From contig CM097883.1 in NCBI GenBank assembly GCA_044892505.1, positions 264,430,001 through 264,494,000 on the forward strand: 64,000 nucleotides of DNA, given 5' to 3'. Below are positions 21,607 to 34,100 of this stretch, piece after piece (position 1 is the first letter of the stretch; the number at the start of each line of letters is the position of its first letter). The stretch comes from Schmidtea nova. Its lineage: Eukaryota. The position numbers were made by a program, and so were the translations under genes. The notes below the pieces were generated by a model that was not told the origin of the DNA, made no database searches, and saw nothing but the letters and a program-made list of their open reading frames with translations.

Positions 21607-23841
21607 TGTTGGGCCAAAACGCAATTTGTTTTAATAAAGCGATAACCCCATAGGTAGAGAACGCGCAAGATTCCATTTTTAACCTTAGCTTCCATTAAAA
21701 ATCCAACAATTAAGTTGAAAACAACAAAAGGTGAAGTGGAATCAAAACACATCAACCGGTAGAGTACGCGCTAACTGCGAATTTGTAAGTTTTTCACTGA
21801 AATCTCGAGAAAAATTAAAAGCAGAACGTTTGGAAGTTAGAAAAGGCGGAAAACCCATTGAAAATGCCCCTAAAGAACGGAATTTGTCATAAACCTTCAA
21901 GTGCAGAAAAATTAACAAAATTTTAGAAGAAAATTGTGATTTTATCACAGAATTTCACATTTAACAATAGAAAGAATTAATATGGATCGGAATATCATAA
22001 ATTAAATCAAATCGAACAAATTTAGATTCAAACATAAAATTTTGAATTAAAATAAATTAATTATGATTTATAAAAAATTATTATATAAAAATATGGAATT
22101 AATTTTCGGAAAATCATTAGAATTAATTTAGAAAAAATTAAGAGAAAATTCTAGAACAATTTGTTTTATTGCACTACTGAAGATAGCGAAAATTTGATGG
22201 TATATATACCGCCATCAAAATGGCAGAATTCAGAATTTGTGAAGAATTTGTGGAGAAAAAAATTTTTTTTTGTTGTTAAAGATTTGGTGTAAAATTTTCG
22301 AATTTTAATTCTATTGGGTCCCAGAGAAGATTTTGCTGAAGATTTCAATTTAGCTCGCAGCAGACATTTTGAATAGAAGACATTGCCGAAGAATTTATTT
22401 GGAAAAAATCTTGTGAAAAAATTTGAGAAAATTTTTTTGGAAACTCTCAAGAAGTCTAGAGGACATTCCGAACATTTTGCAGAATTTAATTCCCGGAGTG
22501 CGAACCTATTTTTTCAGAACTTGGAACGTAAGGGTATTTTTATTTTATTTTTGTTTTAGCTTGTTCGAGGGGTATGGGATCGTCGATCATCATGCCTGAC
22601 GATCATCCCATTCCTCGCGTTCGTATTATTTCATAATATTTTATTATTATTGTATTAATATTTTGATGTATTATTATTTAAATAGCGAATTCATTTTTAT
22701 TTCGATTTATTTTTGAATTTTCTAAATGTATAATTCACACATTCCCATAATATTAAAAACTTTCATGCAAAAATTATCTAAATAAAATTATGAAAACTAA
22801 ATAGATCTTTTTTTCTCCCATATCTTCTGACGATCCGTCCAGCCTTGGTTGTGCGGATCTGTTAGTAGCCTGGGTGGATCGTTGTCTGATTGGTAATCGG
22901 CCAGCCCATATTTCCACTTTAAGGTGAGGCTCATACATCCATAATCTCGTCATCCCAACTGGGGAATCGTGGTATGGCCAAGAGCAAGGATTTGTTATAC
23001 TAATGATTTTTATTATTATAGAGTAGTATATTTTTATTATCTACATAAGCAATTTCGTAATACAACATAAAATTTTCTAATTCACGTCTTGAAATCTAAA
23101 ATAGGAAATATTACTGATTAAAAAAAAATCGACTCGTACTCACCTTCACCTTCACACTCTCAACAACGGTCATCTCATGCGAAAACGCAAGAAAAATGAA
23201 AGCTAATGATGAAAAGAAAATTGTTCGAATTAATGCTCAAATCCGATGGAATAATAATGAAACCGAAATTAACTTTACTCGATGTCGAAAAATATTCGTT
23301 GAAAAATTTATAACTTATTTTTATTTTATTTTTATTCAGTATATAAAACTTTTTAGGTTGAATGCTTATTTAGATTTCGAAATTTATGGATGAAAAATTT
23401 ATTATTATGTGGATTTCGTTTCGATCAAAAAATAAAAATTTACTTTTTATTATATTGAAAAAATTTTTATAATGAAAAATTGTAAACCAAAAATTTTCCT
23501 AATATTGTTATGATATAAAAGATTTTGTCATTTTATAAAATTCCTAAGAATTTATAAATCAAAACTTATATTGAAACCCATAAAAATTTTAAATCGAGAA
23601 TATTATTATTATATTGAAAATTTTATCATTTTATAAAATCCAAAATTTCGAAATTTTATAGAAAGAATTTTTACTATTAACATATATATATATACTTAAA
23701 ATATAAAAATTCGAATATAAAAATGTATATTATAAAAATTAGAAATTTTATTATTATATTATTTTCATAAAATTATAAATTTAAAATTTATAAAAAGTAT
23801 TATAAAAATGTATATTATAAAAATTAGAAATTTTATTATTA
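21607..23841 (+). repeat. Family A LTR, left part (interrupted by element B)
   Basis: Starts TGTTGGGCC; collinear with about 3930-6200. Confidence 0.85.
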
Positions 23842-24184
23842 TGTTGGGCCCGCCAAATCACCTAAAAACACAATAAAAGAGCGAAAACATGAAACAGTAA
23901 GGAAATAATAAAAATAAAAATAACAATAAAAACAAATTAAAAACAAGAATAAAATGACAAATAATATTTGATAAATTTTCAGTAAAAGGAAATTTTGAAA
24001 ATAAACCGGTAAACAACAGCAAAAGGGGGCCTGAAATAAGAAAAGATAGAATTAAATAAAATAATAGTGCAAATAATTAATTAATTACTCGAAAAATCAG
24101 GACCACCCAGCGAGAAACCGGAAAAGGAAACAAAATAATGTTTAGGTTAGAATAAAATAATAAAAATACTTTGATGGACGGTCT

Positions 24185-24230
24185 GATCCTGATTGGTCAA
24201 TCCAACCAGACGGATCAGTATAAATACCGA
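24185..24230 (+). promoter_or_regulatory. Candidate LTR core promoter (inverted CCAAT then TATA)
   Basis: CTGATTGGTCAATCCAA...CAGTATAAATA; a similar CTGATTGGT-containing GC island lies in the A LTR at about 5115-5230. No transcript evidence. Confidence 0.4.
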
Positions 24231-25316
24231 TCCAAAAATCACAACTCAACTGTTATCAAAACTTACAATCAAGACTAAACTTTGATTCTAAGAACTATTT
24301 TTTATTACTTAACCGAACGATTTTTCGAGAACCAGATTTACTTCAAATTCGAGGAAACATTCAATAATACATTCAAGTACGGAACGTAATATTTTATTTT
24401 TATTTTTAATGATGTTAATGTACCTATGATTTTTCTTCAATTATAATTTTATATTTCAAATTTACTTTATTTTTAATGCATATAGTTATACTTCCTAGGC
24501 TGCTTACGCGGCGAGGGAGTCCGAGTCGTCGTTGTGGGGCCTCACGGTCTCACATGGCGGTTCAACCTTTTTATTCTGTTAATTTTAATTTTGTGAACAT
24601 AATCCGAGAAACGGACAAAGATACTAATTTATTACTAACGATTTTCGATTTACACTTAGTTATTTGATAAAGATTTTCATAATGAATTATAAAAGTTTTC
24701 GACGATTTTCGAACTAGAATTAAATTATCGCATATTCGGTTGCACAGAGGGCATAGTGTGGGGCACAGTAGGAAAGGCGGAAAGAGCTACCAGAAGGTAT
24801 GCAGCACCAAATGAAAGTCAGGTAGTAGCCTCCCAAGTACTAGGATTTTAGGGTAAAAATTTGAGGTTCCGGAGCATATGCGAGATGATACGAATGCGAG
24901 AAAATGGTATTCCAATCGATCAAATTTCGAATTTCATTACGGGTCAAAGTGCGACTCGATAAGATTTTCTTAGATAATCCAGACGAAAATACGTCATCAC
25001 ATTCCTGTTAAATAATTTACACGAATGCTAAAAATACTCTTAGACCGATCGCCGTACATGGCGCGGAATTCCCTGATTTATAAACCGATCGCTGTATATA
25101 GCGCGGAGATTTTAACTTTTATTCTTCCTGAACGCTTTAACTAGCGTAAGGCCATGTAATTATAAAAACGTAATCCGACCGTGGTATATCGCGGCGAAGG
25201 TAAATAAAATTAATCTTATTTTAAACTAAATTTTGTGATTACACGCGGTATCAATAAATCTTTCAACAAATTTCCTCCGTTAAATCCTATATTTTATATT
25301 CAATAAAGTAATACAG

Positions 25317-25796
25317 ATGTCGACAGCCGAGATTGAGAACCAATTGACTCAAATGCGAAACTTGGAACAATGGAATGCAGAAAATGGAATGGTCTCTCAA
25401 CTCAAAGAGCTACCTACACCGATATTGCGGATCCTCAATGCCCAAATGTATAAGTGGAGACATGGGTTTGGTCGAAAATGCCCGTTTTCAATATGGGTAG
25501 GAGGAAGTGACCAAGTACTTTACCGCGGAGGACCGAACTGGCCAATTACCCAAAGGCCTTACTCGAACAAATTTGGTCGAATGATCGTGGTAATAAAGGA
25601 CGCAGAAGGACGAGCGAGCCGCATAATTTATTGGGGACATATCCCTCGCCGAGAATTGTGTCGATTGGGCCTGCACGAGTTTCTGCCGCGGAAACCATTC
25701 GGCAAGGAATGCCAGAAAGGGCAACCCTCGTTTTCTTGGGCTCGCCTTCGTCAGATGCCGATAAACAACGAGATGCACAGCCTATTTCGGCGATAA
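25317..25796 (+). CDS. LTR-encoded 159-aa basic protein, unknown function
   Basis: Intact, GC-richer than flanks, ATACAG directly before ATG; repeated at 49812-50291. Confidence 0.7.
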   Translation: MSTAEIENQLTQMRNLEQWNAENGMVSQLKELPTPILRILNAQMYKWRHGFGRKCPFSIWVGGSDQVLYRGGPNWPITQRPYSNKFGRMIVVIKDAEGRASRIIYWGHIPRRELCRLGLHEFLPRKPFGKECQKGQPSFSWARLRQMPINNEMHSLFRR

Positions 25797-25986
25797 AAAT
25801 ATTTTGACAAAAATTTGTTTCTGAGTAAAAATATTAATGTTCATCAGTGGTTTTTGTTTTGAGTTTTCTTGTTTTGTATTATTAAACCGGTCATGTTCTT
25901 AACCTAATAATTATGCATTCAGATTTTAATTTTACACATAATCGAACCCTAAAGTGACAAAATAATTATCGTAAATCAATTCTAGA

Positions 25987-26583
25987 ATGAATATCGATGT
26001 GGCACACAGGGAGTTGGAAAAGATGTGGCGAATCCGGAGAACCCAGGACAAGGAATTGGGTCTCCTCAAAGCACAATTAATCAAAGCCGAGGCACAAGTC
26101 ACATATTTACGCAAAAGCTGGTTTGCTCCGGCTAGGATGAAGGAGCAAATCAGTAAAACCGAACGTGCCCAGCAAACTGCAGCAGATTATAAAATGGAAT
26201 GGGAAGCTACAAAAATAGAGCTCCGAAAGTGCCTCCATTCCATAACGGCCTCGTACATTGAGAAGGAACTGCGAGATCAAATCCGTCCTATTACATATCA
26301 AAAATGGACATCGGAAAAGAAAAGCGTCAACTCGATTGGCACGGACATCGCTGATCTCACCGAAAGCCAAAACGAGCCGGTTCCAGCAACAAATCCATCC
26401 ATTTCAATGGTAAATGCGCACCAGAAACGCAAGCGCATCGGGCAGAAAAGGCGACGGCAAAGAAAGCTGTTTGCCCAACGATTACAGAGCCAAGTAGATG
26501 GCCTGCATCAAATGACCGAAGGGGAATTATTAACGGAAATCTTTCCCCCAGCCGGAGTTTTCACTGAACTAATTAAAGATTGA
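25987..26583 (+). CDS. LTR-encoded 198-aa coiled-coil protein with basic cluster
   Basis: Intact; KRKRIGQKRRRQRK NLS-like stretch; repeated at 50482-51078. Confidence 0.7.
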   Translation: MNIDVAHRELEKMWRIRRTQDKELGLLKAQLIKAEAQVTYLRKSWFAPARMKEQISKTERAQQTAADYKMEWEATKIELRKCLHSITASYIEKELRDQIRPITYQKWTSEKKSVNSIGTDIADLTESQNEPVPATNPSISMVNAHQKRKRIGQKRRRQRKLFAQRLQSQVDGLHQMTEGELLTEIFPPAGVFTELIKD

Positions 26584-27058
26584 ATAAATTTTCGTGTTAT
26601 CTTAAAATTGTTATTGTTCATTTAAATTGATTTAGTTAACTTGACAAATAATTAGATAATTGTAGAATAAAAATATAAACTCATCTCACAAAATACCTAA
26701 TAAAGGCAAATAAATAATTAAGCGAGCATTTTGTTAAAACACTTCATGCAGAATAAGCAATGTTAAAGATAAATTTTCTGAAAGATTATTGCGGAATACC
26801 TAAGCGGATGATTAAAGCATAAGTCCTTCTAACGGCAGCAATGAACCCGTAAACATAAATGGGGAGTAGTACTAGCAATAGTGCTCACCTGCCCATCATT
26901 GTTTAACCACCCTGCGCATCACCAACTTGATTATATAGGGAAATAATCAAGGGCGCTCGAGTGTATAATTGCAATTTTATGCATGATCATGGATGAGGGA
27001 TCCCTAGTCATTGTTAGAGCATTTTTCATCTAACCCCTCCATGAACCTAGCATAAATT

Positions 27059-27076
27059 TGGGGGCTCAGCCGGGAT
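27059..27076 (+). other. Primer binding site, tRNA-Pro-like (TGGGGGCTCAGCCGGGAT)
   Basis: 16/18 match to the classic tRNA-Pro PBS TGGGGGCTCGTCCGGGAT; 6 nt downstream of LTR end; identical 18-mer at 53079-53096. Confidence 0.85.
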
Positions 27077-27384
27077 CAACTTCGTTTTATCGGAAAAATG
27101 CGAATGCAAAATCTGCAGAGAAGTTTAAAATGCTCGTGTCAGTTAATTCAATAAAAATAGAGAATGTATAATTAAATCTAAAATTCTGTATAAAAATTAA
27201 ATAACAACACGACAGTGAACAAAAGTGAAGTTAAAAATTAAATGCATGCATAGATAATTTGTCGGGACGACAATTTTCGGAAACACGGGGAGGATTGATA
27301 AATATCAAAAGATACAAAACGAAACATATTACTACTTTAAAAATGATAAAAAGAACAAAGTTAAAACAATTATTTATTCAGTAA

Positions 27385-27846
27385 ATGGAGGAAAAACTGA
27401 AAGAAATCGAAGAATTTCTCAACACAGAAAGCGAAACATTAGAAACGATTGGCAAGAAAGTAAACCGATTTAGAGAGATTGAATTTCAGGAACCCACAAC
27501 ACAGACTGAGGAGACGGATGAATTAGTAAAGATAACAGAAAGAACAAGTAAAATCGACATAAAGACCCGCTACAAATGGTACAGAGCACGATTAGAAAAT
27601 GCAGAACTAAACATTAGGTGCCGACAAATAGAACAACAATTAACCCCAACATACAATCGTTGGAGGGTGCAAGGGGTAGAAGCAGCGAAAAAATACCGAC
27701 AGTGCTATATATGTGAGGATAGCGAGATACAAAGTATGTTTTTACCTTGCGGACATTTTCGTTTTTGTAAGATATGTGCCAGCAAGTGCGACCTATGTCC
27801 TATGTGCAACCTGATGATAGACGATAAAATTATTGTATATTTTTAA
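27385..27846 (+). CDS. 153-aa protein with C-terminal IAP/MDM2-type RING finger
   Basis: CYIC..SMFLPCGHFRFCKIC..CDLCPMC; counterpart at 55806-56288. Confidence 0.85.
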   Translation: MEEKLKEIEEFLNTESETLETIGKKVNRFREIEFQEPTTQTEETDELVKITERTSKIDIKTRYKWYRARLENAELNIRCRQIEQQLTPTYNRWRVQGVEAAKKYRQCYICEDSEIQSMFLPCGHFRFCKICASKCDLCPMCNLMIDDKIIVYF

Positions 27847-28320
27847 TAAATAAAATTTAAATGGAATTTTATTGATTTATTAATAAGGAAATCATGGGTA
27901 CAATTGTTATATCTAAATAATTTTTGAGCTACTGCAAAGTAGTCCGATAGGAATCCATTGGGAGGTACCGATTGATCAACTTATTCAAGGTGTATAGAAA
28001 GGGGCCCATCGCAAATGTTGGAAAGTTTTTGTGATGTGATTGATCACCACATCCTGCATTAATGGACCAACGCGATCTTTTTGTATATTTTGGTTGTAGA
28101 GAGAGATAGGGAAATCTTGATGGAGTAAAGCGCGCATAAGAAAAATAAATAAAAAGTTGAAGCAGACTGATCAGGAATTAGTTATGATAGAATAGAGATA
28201 AATGACAATTTTTGAAAGAATAAAAGGTGCATAGTCAGCTCGCATAGAAATAGTCATAACTCAGCTGAGAAATTTTAATCGCTAGCGAAGTTAAGAATTG
28301 TGATTAACCGGTTAAGTAAA

Positions 28321-28531
28321 GTTATGAGAGTTGTCCCTTGAAACAAAGGGTTATGAGAGTTGTCCCTTGAAACAAAGGGTTATACGAGGTTTGTCCCTTG
28401 AAACAAAGGGTTATACGAGATTTGTCCCTTGAAACAAAGGGTTATGAGATTTGTCCCTTGATACAAAGGATTATGAGATTTGTCCCTTGAAACAAAGGGT
28501 TATTAGCGGTTTGTCCCTTGAAACAAAGGGT
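28321..28531 (+). repeat. Tandem array, 7 x 29-31 bp, core TTGTCCCTTGAAACAAAGGG
   Basis: Seven GTCCCTTGA occurrences counted directly. Confidence 0.92.
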
Positions 28532-28532
28532 T

Positions 28533-28732
28533 GAGGCCAATGAGCCATATTGAATGACCTAGCTAGGCGTTATGGAGAGATTAAATTGAGGCCAATAGAG
28601 CCATAGGAGAGATTAAATTGAGGCCAATAGAGCCAGTTGAGATGTTAATTTAAGGCCAATAGAGCCAGTTGAGATATTAAATTTAGGCCAATAGAGCCAT
28701 GTGAGAGATTAAATTGAGGCCAAAAGAGCCAC
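28533..28732 (+). repeat. Tandem array, about 6 x 30 bp, core AGGCCAATAGAGCCA
   Basis: Six occurrences visible with GAGATTAAATT-like linkers. Confidence 0.88.
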
Positions 28733-29342
28733 AGTGAATTATAAAGATATCCGGATAAATAGTAACAGAGGGAATATAGACCCATAGTGTAATCGTCGAC
28801 GAGATTTAGAGTAGTGCGCACTAGTAGTTAAGAGGATGCGAGTAAAGCTGATTATGCAACCTTAAGTAAAGCATGCAAGGAGAATAGTAAAAGTTTGGGC
28901 TGACTGGAGCAACCGGCAGAATAAGTAAAACGATTGCTAGCAGGGAATAATGAATAGAAATGATAAAATAATGATAAACGAGTCAGAAAGACTCAGGGAA
29001 TTAGAGCGCTCGAGCGACCAATAAATTGGGAAACTGTGGGAAAAGTAATTGATTTATAAAGTATAGATAATTATTACGACATAAATAGATAATTGTGACC
29101 AGTCTATAGATAATTTAAATAGACTAAAAATAAAGGGGAGTCTGGGAATTGGGAAATAATGAAAACCCAGTAATAAGTAATCCCGAAAGAAAGGGAATAA
29201 AAGCGCGACGATAACAATAATGTATCGTTGAGGACCTTTGTATTTTAGATATACAAATCAATCAAATCAATCAATCAAACAAGAAGAATCAGAAAACGAT
29301 AATAGATAGGACAAGAAAATTGATAATATAAAAGTAATCCAG

Positions 29343-31120
29343 TTGAGAAAAGGAGCAAAGAGCGTTGCAATAAAGCCAACAGAGAAGAAGAAAGCCGGCA
29401 GAGATAACAACAAAAACCCACAAGGGAATAAGGCAAGGAAGATAATAAGAGATAAAGCGATTATCGAAAACGATAAATTGTCAGTAGTAAGCAACAGCTC
29501 AAGTAACAAAGAAAACCAAGCGGAACCCAGAGAGAGCCAAACAAGTGAAATAGAAGTAGACGAAACTAATAACGATAATATAGAAGAAATAGAAAACGAA
29601 GTAGAAGTAGAAATCAACGAGAGTGATAACGATAGTATAATATCGAATAACGAAGTAATAAAGGAAACAGAAAGCGATCCAAGCTCGAGTGAAACAGAAG
29701 AAGAACATAACAACGAACTAGAAACAAGAGGAAACGAAAGTAAAATAACTCAAGACAGCGGAATTGAAATGAGTGAACCAAGAGAAGAAATAAAGGATAA
29801 ATTTGCAGGAGAACCGTTTAACGGAGATGCGAGTAAATTAGAAATCTTTTTAAAAGAATTTGGCATATTCGTGGAGGTATGCAAATGGAAAGCTGAAACA
29901 ACAGCAAGCAGAATACAGTTATATTTGAAAGATAGTGCATTGGACCTATATTTGGAAGCAAAAATAGTACCAATCCACCTGCAGACTGGCCAGCGATAAA
30001 GGACTTTTTCCAACAAACATTTGGAATAAATAAAGTGCTAAGCGAAGCATTCATAGAATTTTCAATGAGAAAACAAAAGATGAATGAATCTAACGCGGTA
30101 TACGCGAGCGAATTGAAAAAATTAGCAAAATCGGTATTCAAGGATGGGAGCCCAATAAACGAGGAACTAATGGCAGCCATCTTCATAGGAGGATTAAGAA
30201 GACCTGACATAAGAGCGCAAGTTGGATGCCAAGGATGCAAAACCATAGATCAAGCGTTAGAAACAGCTAACCGATTCGAACTGCATATGATAGGAAGTGA
30301 AGGCAGAATTTATTTAGCCATAAACACGGCGCAAACCGAACCAGAAGTAAATCTCAACAATCACATTCCAAATTCGCAACAATTAAATCGACCACCTCCT
30401 CAACGAAGGAACGAAGGAAATAAAGTGCAGAACTTTGGAAACCAAAACAATTACAACCCTCAAGGACAAACAAAACAGTGTAAAACATGTGGAAAGTTGG
30501 GACACTGGCAGCAAGAATGCTATCAAAATTTGAATTGCGGGAAATGCGGAGTTAAAGGACATTCGGAGAGTAGATGTTCAACGATAACCTGTTTTAATTG
30601 CGGACAACCTGGTCACTATTCAAGAAATTGCGGACAAAAAAGTAACCAGCGAGGAAATTGGCAGAACAATGGGAATCGACCAAATTACGGAAATCAAACA
30701 AACATCGGAAACCGACAAGATTATGGAAACCAACAAGTCAATAATAACAATAATCAGAACAAAACTACCACCAAAGAAATACATTTGATGCAAGAAGTCC
30801 AAAGGTTGACGGAACTTATAAATAATACGACGAGAGGAAATCCGCAAACCAATCAACAGCAAATTAGCATGATGAGAAAAATAGAAAGCGAAAACGAACG
30901 GTTGAATCGAGAAAGTCAGGCACGACACGCTCAGGAATGGGCAAGGATACAAAGAGAAGACGAACAAAAACAGCAAGAAAGAGAGCGACAACCTCTAAGA
31001 ATAAACATGCTAAGAGCAACAAAGCAAACAGATAACCACGAGAAGGAAACCACATCAGAAATAAACCCGAATCCAACCAACAACGAAAGTCGAAAAGAAA
31101 TAGTACAAAAAGATGAGTAA
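29343..31120 (+). pseudogene. gag: gag (acidic N-terminus, capsid-like region, three CCHC zinc knuckles), frameshifted near 29975
   Basis: PFNGDASKLEIFL..F capsid-start motif; CKTCGKLGHWQQEC, CGKCGVKGHSESRC, CFNCGQPGHYSRNC at 30479-30631. Confidence 0.88.
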
Positions 31121-31144
31121 GTAGAAAAAGAAGTAGAAAAGGAA

Positions 31145-34100
31145 GTGGAAACTGAGATAAACCAGGAAGAGAGAAGAAAAATTTGGATGATGGTATTCAT
31201 GCCCAACAACCATGTGTTTAGATTTCAATATAACGTAAAAGAAGAAGTGAGAGTATTATTCAACAAAGCAAACCAGATGGTTCCAGGAGTAACGAAACTG
31301 CCCAGAGAAGCGTTCTTACAAATAGGAGATGCACCATCAGTAAAATTGAAATTAACGGATATATGGGAAAACGTGGGAGTAACAGAGACAAAAAGAAATG
31401 TGATGAGAATCAAAGAAATAGAACCAGAAGAAATTCCACCACCAGTGCGGCGCGAAACCCGAATCAGTCGAATATTTAAAGGAAAAATGATACGAAGACG
31501 TTTGAAAGAAATAGACGAGTTGGAGAAGAAAATGAGAAAAGTCGAAGTAATAGAGGACAAGAGTGAACAAACCCCAGAAATTACCAAAACCGAAACAAAA
31601 TCAACGGAGAATATACAAGGGGAAACGAACCAAATAGCACATATTAATATGTTAAGAAATACCACCAGAGAATTTTCCGATGAGGAAGAAGATAGTGATA
31701 TCAGTAGCCTAGCAGGAGACATATTAAACGAACCCGAAGACGAAAACAAAGAGATAAAAGTAATAAAGACCTCAGAACCTACACAGATAAAAGTGGATGA
31801 AATCCAGAAATTACTAGATAACTCGCTAGAGGTAATATATAACGAAGAGTTCATGGACAAGAAACAATATCGGAAATTCATGAAAGCATTATTACAAATG
31901 AACTATAAAGAATGGTTACAAGACCGGGAAGTAGACATGTTAAATCGATACGTAGGGAAATTAATAGAGAACCACTCCTCAATTACACCATCTCAATAAT
32001 AATAAATACATCTACACCAAGAATCTGGATCAAAACTCCATTTACGGACGATATCTACAGATGGGTAGAGGATAGACTAGGGAGCTCACATAAAAACAAA
32101 TTCATCTATTCGCAGAATAGACTCGTAAAGAAAAGAACGCACCTAGTAGAAACAGGTATATGGCCAGGAGAAGTAACCCTGTTATCAATATGCGATGAAA
32201 AGGAAGAAGAGAACCTACAAGAAGTTGCAAAGGAAGCAAACACGTGTTTCGAAAGGAGAATAAAACCACGGTTAGAATACGAGAAAGGACGAATCTTACG
32301 AAAGAATCTAAATTCCCTGATAGAACAAATCATACCACAAGTCAAAAAACATAGAAAAGAGTTAATGAGAAGCGAATATGAGAAACTGAAACGATGTATT
32401 GAGTGCATACGTGACACAAGTCACACGAGATGGTCACAGATCTCACACGACAAATTAATCGCAAAAATGGGGAAAACAATGTTCAGACAAGGGAAAATAA
32501 CAGATCTAAAAATTTCAGTAGAATTGCCTAATGAAGACACCAAAGAAATTGAAGTGGTAGCGGATTGCACCATTAAAGAATTAATAAATGTCATCAACGA
32601 GACACTAGTGCAAAGAGAACCAGAAGACGAATGGGAAGACGACATAATCATAAAATATAACGAACATGTATTATGGGATCACGATGAGAGACGACTATAT
32701 AAAATCGGTATATGGGATAATCACCAAACCATCCACGTTATCAGAATGGACGATACACCCAGAGAAACTGCTAAAGATGAGAAAAGAGAACGGGAACGAC
32801 AGAAAGAAGTTGTACACAAACTACAACAAATAGTAGATATCTATCGAAATTGGCGAATTTGGCCAGAGTGGGAAAGCGTATTAGAAGAACTCAATCTCAA
32901 CAGACGATTACGAACACCCGTAGAAAAACAATGGAACGAGCAAGGAAAATGTTGGGAACCAAAAGAAGGGGAATATGAAGAAGAATATGAAAGAGGAATT
33001 GAAGATGACTGCGAACCAGAGATAGGAAGAGTTTGCATGGTAACAAGGAAAGCTACGCCAATAGACCTAGATGGACCAGAAACCGCGGCTATATGGTTAG
33101 AAAGGGAAAAGCAAAAAACGGAAGAATTTGTCGAAATATTGAAAACTAATGCGCACGGTAAGAGAAAATTAATAAAGGGTCTCGCAGATTTTTTCGTGGT
33201 AAATGGAGAGGATATAACATGCTTGCGTAAAGTAGCAAAAGCAATAGCGGAATATAAAAGAGTTAACGAGTGGTGCCCGGAACAACTAAACCACGTCATT
33301 AGGAAATGGAGAAATCAAGAATTCTCGCAAGAAATTCCACAGAAAGTACATTTAAGAATAATATATCCAAACAAGGATAAGGAAGAGTTTTGGGTAGGAA
33401 TAGCAGAAAAAATTCGAGATATTAAAAAGAAATTGAGATACGAACCACCATTCCATTTACAACACCAAGGACGATCATTAGATAACAGTTTGGAAATTGG
33501 AATAACGCCAGCACAACTAGATCTCATGAATACCTTGACAGTAGAAGCAATAGCGGGTCAACCATTGAAAAGTAAAGAAGAAAACCATAAACCACACGGA
33601 AGTATAAGTACGCCGAGCCCGATGAAATCAGTACTAACGCCAGGGACAAGTTCAAGACGATCTGAGACAACACCCAGAGGGAATAGAGAAATGACTCCAC
33701 CACAACCATACGACGTGGACGAAATTTTAACGGATAGCGACGATATGATAGAAGAGCTAACCGAATTAACAAAGGAAAAAGACGACAACATTTTCGAAAG
33801 AATACAAGAACTACCTACGACAATACAAGTAACCAACACCGGAGAAACAGAAGTCGAAGAAGAGATAATAATAGAAGAAATAAACGATTTGACAGAAGAC
33901 GAAACGAGAGGAGCGAATGTTGAAAATGTACAATTAACACAAGAAATGGAAAGATGGTTAGAAGAAAGAGCTAACGAACCAAGAGATGTCACGGAAGAAA
34001 CAGGACGGGCAACAAGGTTTGTGGAAACAGGTACAGGAATGGATAAACGACCTCGAGGTAGACCCAAGACAGATCCAGCAACTGTAGTTATAAGAAATAA

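Larger units (their letters stand above)
23842..27052 (+). repeat. 5' LTR of element B (3211 bp)
   Basis: Same length as 48337-51547 with only about a dozen substitutions noticed by eye; TGTTGGG...CCTAGCA. Confidence 0.95.
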
